Part shown: one piece after another, positions 1 through 13,590 of the stretch | Layout: every line of letters begins with the position of its first letter | How positions within the stretch are numbered: position 1 is the first letter of the stretch | Source: Adineta vaga | Lineage: Eukaryota > Animalia > Rotifera | Assembly: GCA_021613535.1 (NCBI GenBank) | Contig: CP075496.1 | Coordinates: 13,392,001-13,456,000 of the forward strand | Direction of reading: 5' to 3' | DNA: 64,000 bases | Program-made: the position numbers and the translations under genes | Notes under the pieces: generated by a model | The model's input: only the letters and a program-made list of their open reading frames with translations | Told to the model about the DNA's origin: nothing | Database searches by the model: none

Positions 1-1
1 T

Positions 2-406
2 AAGAATTTCTTCATAGATTGCTTTCTGTTTTAATAAACGTGATAATTCAGGATTGTTTGTTACAGTTGTTGGTTCACGATTGACAACATATTCGTGAAT
101 TTCACGTAAACGTAAGAATAAATATCGTAATGAACTTAATTGTACTGTTATATCGTTTAATGTTGCTTCAAAACGTGTACGTTTATCAGCAAGATTTTGT
201 GCTTGTTGTTGTTGATGATTTGGATTTGGTAGATGTGGCGTTGGACGTGTTAATTGTGTAAGCCATACACAGATTTCTGTTGGTTTACTAACTAATTCTT
301 GAACAGTTTCTTGACATTGACGAATACAAGCAAGACGTGATAATGGTTCTGATTGACCACTTGTTGGTAATTTTAATGATGATAAAGAAGAAGAAGAAGA
401 ATGCAT
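2..406 (-). CDS. MED30: Mediator subunit 30-like (3' end outside window)
   Basis: Manual translation from ATG at 406: MHSSSSSLSSLKLPTSGQSEPLSRLACIRQCQETVQELVSKPTEI...LSSLRYLFLRLREIHE, resembling the MED30 RIGQETVQDIV..TMEI and LSVLFRKLR segments. Open to the window edge. A TTTAG acceptor lies 9 nt upstream of the ATG. Confidence 0.7.
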   Translation of the reverse strand, partial: MHSSSSSLSSLKLPTSGQSEPLSRLACIRQCQETVQELVSKPTEICVWLTQLTRPTPHLPNPNHQQQQAQNLADKRTRFEATLNDITVQLSSLRYLFLRLREIHEYVVNREPTTVTNNPELSRLLKQKAIYEEIL

Positions 407-1791
407 TGAGAATATCTAAAATAATAATATTCATCAAATCTCAATAGACTAGACAACCTTAATCGTGATAAAATATGATTAAATATTGACAGTTAGATTT
501 TTTTCCTTCAACGAGAAAAAAATTCAATGGAATATTTAATGAATTATATCACACGAGCTTGATTTTCTACGATTCTGCTTACGTCATTTTGTAAGAAAAT
601 GATTTATTAATGATATTGAAAGTTTAATTACGATAATGAAAACAAGTAAATACGGAAAACGCATTAACATCAAATACAATCTTCACTATACTCAGCACGT
701 CTTTTATAGTAATTGATAATCTTCTAATTAATAACACTTCTTATTACTCTATAATTAAATAATCACGTTCTTTTTTTTTCTAGGATTAGGAAACTTTAAA
801 GAAAAGAAAAAAGAATGTGTTCAATGATTGATGTAAAATACTATTGCAGATAATTACTACCAAAATAAAAATGAACGACTTTTCTTATTTGGCGTACTTC
901 ACATTGTATTCATGTTTAAAATCGAATTTGATCTATCTCAGACAGTCTAAGATAAATATAGAAAACACTTGAGAATACACCGGTTTCATATGATTCTCCG
1001 TCTGGTAGACACGAATGACGGATTAAGATATTTCATTTCAGAATATTTACTAACGTCGAAGAAGTATCCTAAGATTAATATACCGATCCAATTCAATTGA
1101 ATCCGTATTTCATTTCAATCTATAAATATCTTAGATTATTGCGTTTGTGGAAACATACCATAAGATAAAAGTGTAAGGAACAATTTTAATACTTATGCAA
1201 AAAATTATTTATGATAGACTTAATATTTGTTAAAGTGATATTTACCTATGAAAAAAGTGCAATAATCTGTTATAAAATACTTTTCTTTGTCTGTCAAAAT
1301 TCTTTCAGGTAAAATCTTGTCAATGCATTGGTTATCTCATATTCCAACAATGAATTTATTTTCTCTAGTGACATCTGTTATATGTAATTCGGAAAAGAAA
1401 AAAAAGATAATTTAAATTTCTTCAGTATTCAAATGTATAATTTCATCATTCTAAAACATTATTTATTTTTTAAAATTTAAAATAAAAAACTTTCATTTGT
1501 CGACTTACTTACATCAACAATGGCAATGTTCATCAAAAAGAGACGAGAACAAACAAAAAATAATAATAAACGGTATTCTCTTCACTTCACTCTTCGTTTT
1601 TTTTACACATTTCTAGATCAATTTTTATGCTCTTGAAATAGGCTTATTTCTCATTGATTAACATCCTTTCTTTCTCTGTGTGTACTTTTGTGTTAATCTT
1701 TTTTTTTTGTTTGAATTCTATGAAATTTGATTGTTGATTTTCATTATCGAATATTCAATTGATCTCGCTCGATGATCATCGTTTTTTTCTA

Positions 1792-2739
1792 ATGGACTTA
1801 ACTAATAATCTAATTAATTCCAATACTACACCATCGACAACCACAACAAATCCACCGAAACGTGTTCGAATTGAAAGTGATGATTGGAGTGATAAAACAC
1901 CTCGATCACGTCTACTTGAACGTTGGAAAGAACAAGATGTATACATCGATTATTTAGAATTACGTTTACATCAATTACAACAATCGATTGACTCAAATGA
2001 ATTTATTCGTGAAAAAGAAGCGGAATGTAATAAATTAAAATCTATGCTTAATTATCGATTTTTAACGAAAACATCACAACAACAATCATTGGTAAGATTC
2101 ATAAGAATTCTGCATGAATCTTTATCCTTTATTTTCTTTCCAAGGATCAAATGCGTGATATGATGCAAACACCATCATTAGCTCGTCTTAGACAAACATA
2201 TTTAGATCCATCAATTAATCTCATCTATGGACAAATGCGTGAAGAAATTGAACATAGTAGAAAAGCACGGGATGAAGCACAAAATGAATTACAAGCTTGG
2301 CAATTTACACCAGATAGGTAAGCATTGTTTATCAACATCGAAGTATTGAAGAATTTCATGTCCTTTTTTTTCTATCATAGTAAAACTGGTAAAATGCTTA
2401 TGGCAAGATGTAAAAAACTTCTTGAAGAAAATGAACAATTAGGAAAAATCGTATCATCAGATAATGTAGCAAAATTAGAAGGTGAAATTGCATTACAAAA
2501 TCGACTTTTATCTAATATTAAAGATGCACAAACAGGTAAATCTTTCTCCTTAGAAACGAATACGATTCAATTTCACGAAATTTTCTTTAGATTATGAAGA
2601 AATTATGTTAGATATGGATAGTAATATGGATGCAATGTCGAATACATTACTTCATATGCGTCATCAATTAAACGAATCACATCGACAAATCAGTTCATTA
2701 AATGAAGAAAATACTCGTCTAAAAACTTTATGTCAGTAA
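1792..2739 (+). CDS. WTAP: Pre-mRNA-splicing regulator WTAP / Fl(2)d (m6A writer complex subunit), 4 exons
   Basis: PKRVRI...RLLERWKEQDVYIDYLE; spliced LRQTYLDPSINLI, QNELQAWQFTPDSKTGKMLMARCKKLLEENEQLGK and LEGEIALQ match WTAP. Three short GT-AG introns. Confidence 0.9.
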
Positions 2740-3563
2740 CATAAACTATGACTGCGGCTTTAAATAAAGTCAAGATTTTAATTATTAAAAAATAAAATCT
2801 AAATTTATTCAACGTTTCGATCTTTATAAGATCATTGTCAAGGATTTACAAGCTTTTTTTTTCTAACAATTATTAACATGAACTACAATTTATTAGAATT
2901 GCTGTAACTACTCAAGTCATTCTCGTACGATGGGAATCGGCCAGATCTGAGAAATTCGCGTAGTAGGACTTCAGCATCGTCTCCCAGTATTTGTTTACGG
3001 TTAGTTCATAAACATTACACCCACGTCCACCCTTACATCATTAAAAAAAATAAAATATGTATTTCTATTGAATTGAATTGATTTTTGATTGAAAACCAAA
3101 TTACAGTCGCAACTATCAAAAAGATTCTGTATCCATCATCGATGTTTCTTAGCATAATTCTAATCAAATCCACATGGTAAAAGGAGAAATCAGCACTGAA
3201 AAATTCTTCAAAACTTAACAAGGGCGGACAAGTGAATTGCGCAATTCCCAGCAGTGTGCAGATTTTCTCTAAAAGCATTGTTATATTTGAAGGTAATATT
3301 GTATACATATCAGAAAAATATCGGAAATTTCTTTTTCGTAAATTCTGTGCATACCTTAAATAGAAAAGATAACGAAAAATGTCATATGTTAAGATAATGA
3401 GCTTAAATACGTTTATTTGATACTAAAAGATTATATTCTAATGAACTATAGTTTAATACATTTGTTTAAATGAGCTCGTAAAACTATGTTTTCATTCAAT
3501 CAAAATGACCTATCTACTAACTACAATAAAGTAAACTAGAAAAGAAAAAATGTTCTTCAAAAA

Positions 3564-4979
3564 CTAAACGACATGTTCAAATTTGTAAGAAACGGTTTTT
3601 TCTTCATCAGCAGGTAAGGTTACTGCACATTTGATTGTCAAACCATCTTGTGTGCAGGCTGTGTTTGGTGTTCCTAATTTTACGGATACACCATAATTTT
3701 GAAGCTTATATTCAACTTTCACTGGACGATTTTTCTTGAAATTCTTCAAGATAACATTTACATTGTAAATTGTTTCTCTTCGTGTTTCCGCATGGAAACT
3801 ACCTCGACGGCTGCTATCATTATAAGCACGAGAAGAAACAATAGTAACATTTTCTCTATAAGTAATATCACTATCTTCACCAATTGAGAATTCATGTTTA
3901 TCTTTAGCAGCTACATTTGGTAATGATGTTTCACCAACAAGACGATCATATTCACGAATAACACAATTTCCACGAGATAAATATCGATCAGATGAGAGAC
4001 GATATGAACGTTGTGCTTTACCGCTGAATGCACCAGCACTTTGAAAATGTTTAGAAATTAAAGCGTATCGTTCAACGGTAACATGTGGTCGAAACATTGG
4101 TAAGAGATAATTCGTTTTTCCTTCGATTGAAAATGGTTTGGTGACAGTAAACATGTATAAACCAGCAACTTCTTCTGCTTTAGTAATTGTTGGTGCAGGT
4201 GACATTCCTGGTGCTGCGCCAGCCACTGAACTAGTTTCATACATGACTTCGTCACGTGCTGCACTATAGTGTTTCCAGTTGGCTCCGGAATGCATTTGTA
4301 AATTAATATCACCACCTAACAATTCAGCATGTTCAATATCAACTCTCGATTGACCATCATTTCGAATATCAGCCATTGAAATAAGAACTGCATTCTTTGA
4401 TTCATCAAATAAATTTAGTTGATATCGTGTCTTCCAGTTGAGATTTGATCGAAGATAACTTACATAAACTGCATCAGTTGTATCAAATGTAAAGTTAACA
4501 TAATATTTTGATTGTGGTGGATCATGGTCATATACAATGTGATCTGATGATGCAGTGAAAAAGATTGGATCTTTGCTGATATCTTTATCGATGAGTTTGA
4601 CCAGATTTCTTCGTTCATCGATGAGTGTTGCTTTAACGAATTTTGTTTCGGTGTTTGAAGATGATGGTGTACGAACAAAGATGTGAGCATTGTTGAGTGA
4701 TTGTTTCTTTTCGGTGACTGTTTGTTGTGTGATATTGACATTGGTACCAACGAGAGTGACAGAATCAGAACGAATATCTCTCCAATCATCTTCAGAAAAC
4801 TCGAGAGGTAATTTGCCAAGTGGCTGAACGATTTCAGCAAGATTTGAATAGATTTTAACATGTCCAAGAATACGATGGTCTGTGATATTTCCTACTGTAT
4901 TTTTCTTGAAATGAAGAAAGGCATTGCTTGTATTGAAAAACACAGCTGATGCAAACAGAAGCAGGATTGACTTCATCAT
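3564..4979 (-). CDS. Secreted DUF4139-like protein, intronless (copy 1), horizontal-transfer candidate
   Basis: 471-aa ORF with an N-terminal signal-peptide-like segment. VKIYSNLAEI, VSYLRSNLNWKTRYQL, ADIRN, LLGGDI and a C-terminal beta-rich TLPADEEKTVSY end resemble DUF4139/DUF4140 proteins. Confidence 0.65.
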   Translation of the reverse strand: MMKSILLLFASAVFFNTSNAFLHFKKNTVGNITDHRILGHVKIYSNLAEIVQPLGKLPLEFSEDDWRDIRSDSVTLVGTNVNITQQTVTEKKQSLNNAHIFVRTPSSSNTETKFVKATLIDERRNLVKLIDKDISKDPIFFTASSDHIVYDHDPPQSKYYVNFTFDTTDAVYVSYLRSNLNWKTRYQLNLFDESKNAVLISMADIRNDGQSRVDIEHAELLGGDINLQMHSGANWKHYSAARDEVMYETSSVAGAAPGMSPAPTITKAEEVAGLYMFTVTKPFSIEGKTNYLLPMFRPHVTVERYALISKHFQSAGAFSGKAQRSYRLSSDRYLSRGNCVIREYDRLVGETSLPNVAAKDKHEFSIGEDSDITYRENVTIVSSRAYNDSSRRGSFHAETRRETIYNVNVILKNFKKNRPVKVEYKLQNYGVSVKLGTPNTACTQDGLTIKCAVTLPADEEKTVSYKFEHVV

Positions 4980-5649
4980 TCAATGAATAATTCTTTTATC
5001 TGGTATATAATCATGAGAGCACACTGAAATATATATTTGTGGTCGGAAAAGAGATGATAAGAAAAGTGGGCGATGAGTATCTTTTCTTTCTATCTAAATT
5101 CATGATGATGTCGGCTGGTTGTCATCGATATGTTCTGGGAGAAAAAAGAAAACACTAACCTCACGCTACGAAGCTTTATGCAGTGTATAATCATTGACGT
5201 CGAACGAATTATTTTTCCATAGACAATCTCAACACATTATTAATTCTAAGAAAAAAATTAAGATCATCTGCAGATGAATGATTGTGTTGTCGAAGATAAC
5301 GTACTAATTGATATTTCTTGTTCGTAAAGCACAGTCTGAGATACACTATATTTTAGAATATACTTGCAACATGTCAAAGCGACTTAATTTCTGTACTTGA
5401 TTATTGTTCTCAAAAATAAAGTGATGTTTATAGTTAAAATCATCTTTAATATGAACTCAGTATTTTTGTGTTTTTCTGTCGTATCATTTACTCTACAAAA
5501 TATACAGAACATTTGTATTGTGCATATATTATTGTTTATTTAAATTCAATCATACAATCTATACTACTACAAAACTAAGAAAAGTGCATGAAAGTTACTT
5601 CAATAGGTCGTTATATAGGGTATAGTCAAAACATGAATAGTTTGTTGAA

Positions 5650-7045
5650 TTAACTGATTATTTCGAGTTTGTAAGATAAGATTTTTTCTTCATTAGGTCC
5701 TAATGTTGTCTTATATTTAACTTTTGAACTTTCAACTGTAAACTCTGTATATTTGTGAATCAATTTAATTGAACTACCATGCACTTGTTCTTCATATTCA
5801 AGTTTAAATGGACGATTTTTATAACTTTTTAAGACGAGATTGACGTTATAAGTTGACTTTGTTTTTTTTACTACTTGATACATGCTAGTGCTTGGAGACA
5901 TAGCTTGTGAAGAAATTAAAGTAACATTTTCCTTATAAATGACATCAGCATCTTCTCCAATCGAAAAATCATGTTTGTTCTTTGAAGCTATATTCGGTAA
6001 TGATGTTTCACCAACAAGACGATCATATTCACGAATAACACAATTTCCACGAGATAAAAACCGATCAGATGAGAGACGATATGAACGTTGTGCTTTACCA
6101 GTGGATGCACCAGCATTCTGAAAATATTTAGAGATTAGAAAGCGTATCGTTCAACTGTAACCTGTGGACGAAACATTGGTAAGAGATAATTCGTTTTTCC
6201 TTCGATTGAAAATGGTTTGTTAATGGCAAATGCATACAAACCAGCAACTTCTTCACCTTGACTGATACTTGGTACAGAAGCTTTTGCACTTGCTCCATCC
6301 ATGGCAGCAGAATGGCTATACATGGCTTCTTGAGGCATAAAATGACGTGGTGTCCATTGGAACTTGAATGCATTTGTAAATTAATATCACCACCTAACAA
6401 TTCAGCATGTTCAATATCAACTCTTGATTGACCATCATTTCGAATATCAGCCATTGAAATAAGAACTGCATTCTTTGATTCATTAAACAAATTTAGTTGA
6501 TATCGTGTCTTCCAGTTGAGATTTGATCGAAGATAACTTACATAAACTGCATCAGTTGTGTCAAATGTAAAGTTGACATAATATTTTGATTGTGGTGGAT
6601 CATTTTCATATACAATGTGATCTGATGATGCAGTGAAAAAGATTGGATCTTTGCTGATATCTTTATCGATGAGTTTGACCAGATTTCTTCGTTCATCGAT
6701 GAGTGTTGCTTTAACGAATTTTGTTTCGGTGTTTGAAGATGATGGTGCACGAACAAAGATGTGAGCATTGTTGAGTGATTGTTTCTTTTCGGTAATTGTT
6801 TGTTGTGTGATATTGACATTGGTACCAACGAGAGTGACAGAATCGGAACGAATATCTCTCCAATCATCTTCAGAAAATTCGAGAGGTAATTTGCCAAGTG
6901 GCTGAATGATTTCAGCAAGGTTTGAATAGATTTTGACATTTCCGAGCACACGATGGTCGGTTGTATTTTCACTTGAATGCTTGTTAAAATGCAAGAAAGC
7001 ATTGTTAATGTTGATCAAAACAAAGAGAAATAGAATAGACTTCAT
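5650..7045 (-). pseudogene. DUF4139-like copy 2 with two frameshifts (pseudogene or assembly error)
   Basis: Colinear paralogue of copy 1 split over three different frames (ORFs 6128-7087, 6135-6338, 5650-5901). Indels near 6355-6362 and 6137-6141. Confidence 0.75.
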
Positions 7046-7877
7046 TATTGCTAGTTGTTGATGTATGGTTTTGTATGTTAAGTACACATGGAACGTTTCT
7101 CTAACATATATACTACTTATGTGGGAGAAAAATATTGTTTTGTTTTATCCCATATTTTATGGAAAGACGCACAAATTGATTACAACATAAGGTTTTTGTC
7201 AACGATAATAGCTAATAATCATCAACGGAATAGGCATTTACTACGACATATTTGATGAATAACTGATGAAAAATAGAACAATATGTATGTATAGATGACA
7301 TTTTTGACAGATGTTTAAAGTCCAGTTGTTTTTCTTCAGTTATGAATAAGGACTCGATCATGCTGTATATGTACGATGGTGGTTATAAATATCTGAACGA
7401 CTGACGAATATCGATAAAAATATTGTATCTATCATTTTTGTGAAAAGGTAGAAGGATATTCATAGTGTGAAGGCTAGAAGTTACACTCTAATTCGATGTA
7501 AAATGATGCTCGTCCCACGACAAGGAGAGATGTTCTGTAGTTTGAATTTTGCTCAAAGTTATGCATACAATACATAGGAAATAAATGTAAATGTCGTAAT
7601 ATCATTGTTAAATATTACAGCACAAAATTAAAACAGAAAATTTGCATCTTTTTTCATTTACTATTGTATCACAAGTGTCAAACTTGAAAGTTGAATTCAA
7701 GTTTCAGTTTATACTGTTCTGAATTGTAAAGAATTTGTTTTGATTCTTGTAACTACGAAAGTTTTCTTTTGTGGTATCATATTTGTTGATCTAGTCTTTT
7801 TGTTTTATCTTACATTATACTTTCGTAGAGAAAGAAAAATTGAAGAATAAGTTATACCTCTGCTATCTCAACAGACA

Positions 7878-10800
7878 ATGGGACGTTTGATAACATACTG
7901 TGCTGTTGTTGTTCTTGTTCTTGTACTTCTAATACATCGTAAGTTTTGAGGATGTGAGGGAAACTTTCTATAGTTATAAAAATTCTTAAATATGAATTCA
8001 TATCAGTTTTATTAATAGTATGGAGATAATAATTGAAGAGCACGAGCCATGAGAGACATTAAGATAGATAGAAAATCAAATATCAGAATAGAGATTATGG
8101 TAACATTATTAATTGATTAACTTTTGATAGATAATGAAAAACAATAGTATGATTTTTCTCCGAAATTTTTCACAGAATCTGGTGCTGTGCAATGGCCTAA
8201 ACCTACTACTTCTTCATCTTCGACAAAGGCAATTGCTGACTTGATATCTCGTGTGCTTGATGGTGCTCCAATTGCTCGACGTTTTGATCTTTCAATCAAT
8301 GCTGATTTAGCCGTCGATGGCAAAGATGTTTTCGAACTTTCAAATAGCCCTGATTCGGGTTCAATAACTATTTCAGCATCATCCGGCGTGGCTGCTGCAT
8401 GGGGATTCAATTACTATCTCAAATATGTTGCTGATAGTTCATGTAGAAATTAATTACTATCCATAGTGTCATTTCTATATTTGATCTATTTAGTCTACTG
8501 GTCTGGCAAAAATATTCGACTCTCTGGCTCAACATTGATTCCAGTACCATCACCTATTCGAATAGTTGCAAATGATTTCTATCGTTGGTATGGTAATCCA
8601 TGTACATTTAGTTACTCATCTGTATTTTGGAACTTTTCCAGGTACGTTCTCATTTGATGAGTATGACTTTATCTTTTTTTTGTATTGTTTAATTTCTATG
8701 TCAAGATGGGAGAAAGAGATTGATTGGATGGCTATGAATGGAATCAATCTAGTTTACGCTACAACTGGAATGGAATATATTTTTAGTCAAGTCAGTATTA
8801 TTTTTCTGTTTTGAAACAAAAATTAATCAATACATATGATATCATTGTAGGTATTTCTTCGAATGGGTTTCACTCAATTGGAATTAGATGAATATTTCAC
8901 CGGTCCTGCTTTTTTAGCTTGGTAAAAAAAGAAATCATTATTCTTAGATAGATTATAATCATGTGTGTTATAATAAAAGGCTTCGTATGGGTAATCTTCA
9001 GAAACATGGTGGTCCTTTATCCCAAAGTTGGCATCAATCACAATTTCAATTAGCTAAACAAATTATCCAACGGATGACTGATATTGGAATCATACCAGTT
9101 CTACCAGCTTTTACAGGTTTTATGCCGCGTACAGCACCAAAGTACATTACTATCTTTAATAAAGACACATATAATGCTAAGAAGATATTCGTTTTAGACG
9201 TTTTCCAACTGCAAAATTCTATTATTCATCAGATTGGAATGGTTTTGGCTGTAATGATTCATGGTGAGTTTTCATATATTGAGTGCGAATTACTTAGAGA
9301 ACTCTTCATTTTAAATATTAGTTTACCATATCTTGATCCAACTGATCCATTTTTTCAACAAGTTGGAGTAGCACTTTTGAATGAAGTATGTTTATATTTT
9401 TATCTTTTAAAAATTGAAGACTTAGATATTCTTCTTCATATTAGACAGTAACTTCTCTGAATATAGTCTCACATTTTTATGCCTGTGATCTATTCAATGA
9501 AATGACACCACCGATTAGGTATGACTCACTTTGGAAACATTTTTGTTGTGCAATATATTTCATATAGTGATCTCAACTATTTGGCTGATGTCAATGCAGG
9601 AATAATTCAAACAATGCAAACAGTTGATCCATATGCTATTTGGTATATTCTCGTTTATATCAAAACAATTATTTCATGTATTATTTCTGTACATAGGGTA
9701 ATGCAAGCTTGGCTATTCCTTTCAGATTTTTGGACACCAGATCGTGTGAAAAGTTATCTGAGCAAAGTTCCTGAAGTATAAAAAGAATTCTATTCTTTTG
9801 TCTACTTTTCTAATATACATTTTCTCACATGAAAAGGGCCATTTGATCTTACTCGATCTTTTTTCCGAAGCTCGTCCACAATATTCACGTTTTCAATCCT
9901 TCTATGGTCATTATTACATATGGAATATGTTACATGATTTTGGTGGAAATAATGGTTTGTTTGGTTCTCTTGTTAATGTGACAGATGTACATATTCTACT
10001 CGATTATACTGTAGATAACCAATAGATATTATTTCTAGGGTCCACAAGCAGCCAGAACTTTTTCTGGTGAACATATGATAGGTGTTGGTATTACCATGGA
10101 AGGCATCAATCAAAATGAAATAATGTATGAATTTGCTCTTGAACAATCATGGCGTTCTCCACTCAACGAAACTGAATTGAACGATTGGTAATTCTATTTG
10201 AATACAATTTAGTCGACACATATAAATCTATAAATTTAGGTTAGTTGGATTTGTTATGCGTCGATATGCTAGTAATCAAACAATACCAAGTTCTGCTTTA
10301 TATGCATGGCAAGAATTAGGAAATTCAGTTTATCATATAAATCCTTTTCGTGTTTATTCATTGATATTACATAGACCAGCACTTGACCGAGAGCAAGGTG
10401 TAAGTGACAATGAAGTTTATATCTCTCATCTACTTGTAATTTTTATGATAGATTAGTTTCGATCTTAAAGCTCTCTTATCTGCATGGGAACTATTAGTTG
10501 ATGCATCAACTCAGTTGAATGCTGATTTATTTCGTTACGATTTAGTAGATATTACTAAAGAAGTTCTTCAATATAAATTTGCATGTGATTTTGTACAATT
10601 GATTGCTGCTTTCAATCGAAGCGATCTTTATGGTGTAGAGTAAGAAACTTACATGAGATTTGCCTGTTCATCATCTGTTGTAAGCAATCTCTTTAGAACA
10701 CAAGCAGCTATTCTGATAGATATTTTAGATGATATGGAAATGGTATTAGCTTCAGATCGTCGTTTTCTTCTTGGCAATTGGATTGCAGATGCATTACAAT

Positions 10801-11447
10801 TTGCACAGAATGAAGAAGATATTCATTTTTATAATCTTAATGCTAAACTACAAGTTTCTATTTGGGGAACGAATTATACATTAGGATTGTTTGATTATGC
10901 CAATAAATTTTGGTCAGGAATGATTCAAGAGTATGTATAAATACAATTTCATTGATTTGCAATAAGAAATAGAACATGTTCCTTCGATGAAAAATTGATT
11001 GAATGAGATATTCATCTATATATTACAAACTGGATTTCTTTCTAGTTATTATGCTCCTCGATGGCGTGTCTTTTTCGATGTACTTTTAAAGAGTCTTATT
11101 GAAGTACGAACTATTTTTTGTTCACTTCCTTAGCTTAGTAAAATACATATATATCTATATTTATACCTAGGGCATTCCAGTCGATACAAATGTGTTACAC
11201 AAGCGTTTATTTTTCGAAGCGGAATTGCCATTTTTCATGTTAGACACAAAATCCTATCCAACAAGTCCAAAAGGTACATTTTCTTATAATTTGTTCGTTG
11301 CAGAGAAATTTTTATTGACAATTAGGTGATTCCATCTCAATTGTTCATGACCTGTTCAATAAGTATCGACCATCATTTAATGACGTATGCTTACCATTGA
11401 ATTCCGTCAAACAACAACAATATTTTTTCAACCGATATGATAACTAA
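7878..11447 (+). CDS. NAGLU: Alpha-N-acetylglucosaminidase (GH89), multi-exon
   Basis: Signal-peptide exon [20 protein letters not shown]; motifs [37 protein letters not shown], catalytic FNEM and [27 protein letters not shown]. Confidence 0.93.
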
Positions 11448-12123
11448 GAAGAAGAAAATATGAAGTCGGAAAAAAATTGACAGTAATATTTTCACTATAC
11501 TTCGATTGAATTTGTAATTTGTCTTTTTTTGCTAAGTATGATTCATAGAGGAAGTTTATAATAAATCAAATCGTAAACATTTGCCCTTTCTATATTTCTT
11601 TTTTGTACCACTAGATCCACGAATTTCTAATTCAACATTTAAAGATATGTCTCGAATTCTTGGTATGACTAATGAGGGTGGGTGTGGATGTGAGTGTGGG
11701 TGAGTACGACTATGTAGATGAACAGTAGACTCACCACTTATATCTATTCTGAATATGGTATTAAATACATTCCTCTCAGTTAGGCAAATTACCCAAACAT
11801 TATAAATATATAACACGTAAGATAGATAAGCGATATTAGCAAATAGTGACAGAAAAACGACAGAGAATTCGGACGGACATGGAATAAATACTATTCCAAC
11901 ACAGATGTCAAATTCTTCATAGAATCTTCAGAAGAGATGTGTGTAGACTACATAGCGATTTTACAATATAAATTCATGACTCTATGTCGTAAATATCATG
12001 GACACTGAACTTATATGCTATTATTTAATGTAGACATTCCTCTTTTAATCGTATAGGAAGTCAGAAAAACAAACACTATATACATTATGCTATTTTATAT
12101 CATTAATCTTTAAAAAAATTTGC

Positions 12124-13590
12124 TTAGAATTCCATTTCTTCTATGGCTTTATCAATTAATAATTGTAAACGAGTCATATTTATCTTAATAGATGCAACTT
12201 CTCGAGTATCGGACGCACCTGGAAAATCAAATTCATAATCTTGTGGTCCATACACCTGATAATACTGTTTTCGAACATGAGGTATATGATTAAGAAAAGC
12301 TCCGTCCATTGAAGCACTTTGACCGTATGCATAACCATGTGGTTTAGTGACATAATAATCCATTACTATTGCATGTGCACCATGTGGTAGCAGTGGTATG
12401 ATCATTGAAACACCACCACATGGCGTAATTAAAATAGTGGAATGTAATAGCTTCTCAATCTGTCGATTAAATGGAACAGTATGCCATTCGATCACTTCAG
12501 TAGATATATTTGGATAAGTTTCTCGAACAAACTTCTCTACTTCTTCTAGGTTTGCAATGGCACGATGTCTTTTTGCTCCAAAATGCTTCGTTATAGAATC
12601 CGACTTATTAGTAATAATAATATGATGCTGTTTTGGCACAAAATTAGGATCAAATCCGTTATATTGTATCATTTTTGATCTCCAATTATAGTAAAGTATT
12701 TCACGTCCATGATATTGTTTCACTTCTGGTTTTGGAAAAGCATACATTTGTCCTCCAAGAACCAAACTATCAAAACATATATAGTTTGTTTTAAAAGATT
12801 CTATATAAGTTTCAAATTGTACCATAGGATTTTCACTTAACGCAGGTATTACATATTTATGATACGTACGGAACAGACTCGTATTATCTATTTTGTTATA
12901 ATGCATAATGATCAGGTTTCGATCTTTTATATTTAGTCGATCCATTGAATATGAAATCGAACCAAGATCTTCCCATAGTCCATGTCCTATGCTACCTGAA
13001 GCGAAACGTGTCTGTGTAAGAGTATGTATTTGTTGAAGTCTTGTCAAGTTTTTCGTTGGATATGTTTCGTCAGTAATGTATGGTGCCCATGATGTGTCTC
13101 CGCCCACCATAAGTGACACAAACGGAGATGGCTTACCATCTATGCCAAATTGATATAGCATGCCTTTCGATGAGTCATAGAAAAGTGGCTTTGGTTTAGT
13201 TTGAGGTAGTCGAAAATAATCAAATCTGCTACCAATTTTATTATAACAGACATTGTAAAATACACAGAGACGTTCTTTCCATGCTCCATAATCATTTTCA
13301 TTTCCAGTGCATGTAAATTTGGAGAAATATTGACTTGTATTTTGTTGTAAATAAGATATTGCTATTTCATTGTGGAATATGTGTTTTTTAGTGAAACTCG
13401 TTGTTTCTTTGTTATTGTTAATTATACAGCTTCTGTATGAAGATGCAAGATTTGATCTAATTGAAGTATTGAAAAACAATGGAGATACAACAGCTCCAAT
13501 AGTAGCTGAAATTATTACGAGGATAATCTCTTTTTTATAGTAAAATCGTAGTTTATCATTTGATTCTTGTTTTATAAGTGGTTCATGCAT
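12124..13590 (-). CDS. Type II membrane glycosyltransferase, GT61/DUF563-like, intronless
   Basis: 488-aa ORF with one N-terminal TM. CVFYNVCY, GHGLWED, CFDSLVLGG, RAIANLEEV and FNRQIEKL..ILITPCGG resemble GT61 motifs. Confidence 0.65.
   Translation of the reverse strand: MHEPLIKQESNDKLRFYYKKEIILVIISATIGAVVSPLFFNTSIRSNLASSYRSCIINNNKETTSFTKKHIFHNEIAISYLQQNTSQYFSKFTCTGNENDYGAWKERLCVFYNVCYNKIGSRFDYFRLPQTKPKPLFYDSSKGMLYQFGIDGKPSPFVSLMVGGDTSWAPYITDETYPTKNLTRLQQIHTLTQTRFASGSIGHGLWEDLGSISYSMDRLNIKDRNLIIMHYNKIDNTSLFRTYHKYVIPALSENPMVQFETYIESFKTNYICFDSLVLGGQMYAFPKPEVKQYHGREILYYNWRSKMIQYNGFDPNFVPKQHHIIITNKSDSITKHFGAKRHRAIANLEEVEKFVRETYPNISTEVIEWHTVPFNRQIEKLLHSTILITPCGGVSMIIPLLPHGAHAIVMDYYVTKPHGYAYGQSASMDGAFLNHIPHVRKQYYQVYGPQDYEFDFPGASDTREVASIKINMTRLQLLIDKAIEEMEF

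Noticed and set aside
2900-3350. Slightly GC-richer block with CACCCAC motif (similar to 11676-11705) and a 91-aa ORF
   Set aside because: Similarity too short to call a repeat family; the ORF has no recognisable features.
4460-7002. Duplicated alternative-frame ORFs 4460-4867 and 6538-7002
   Set aside because: Shadow frames of the near-identical DUF4139 core.
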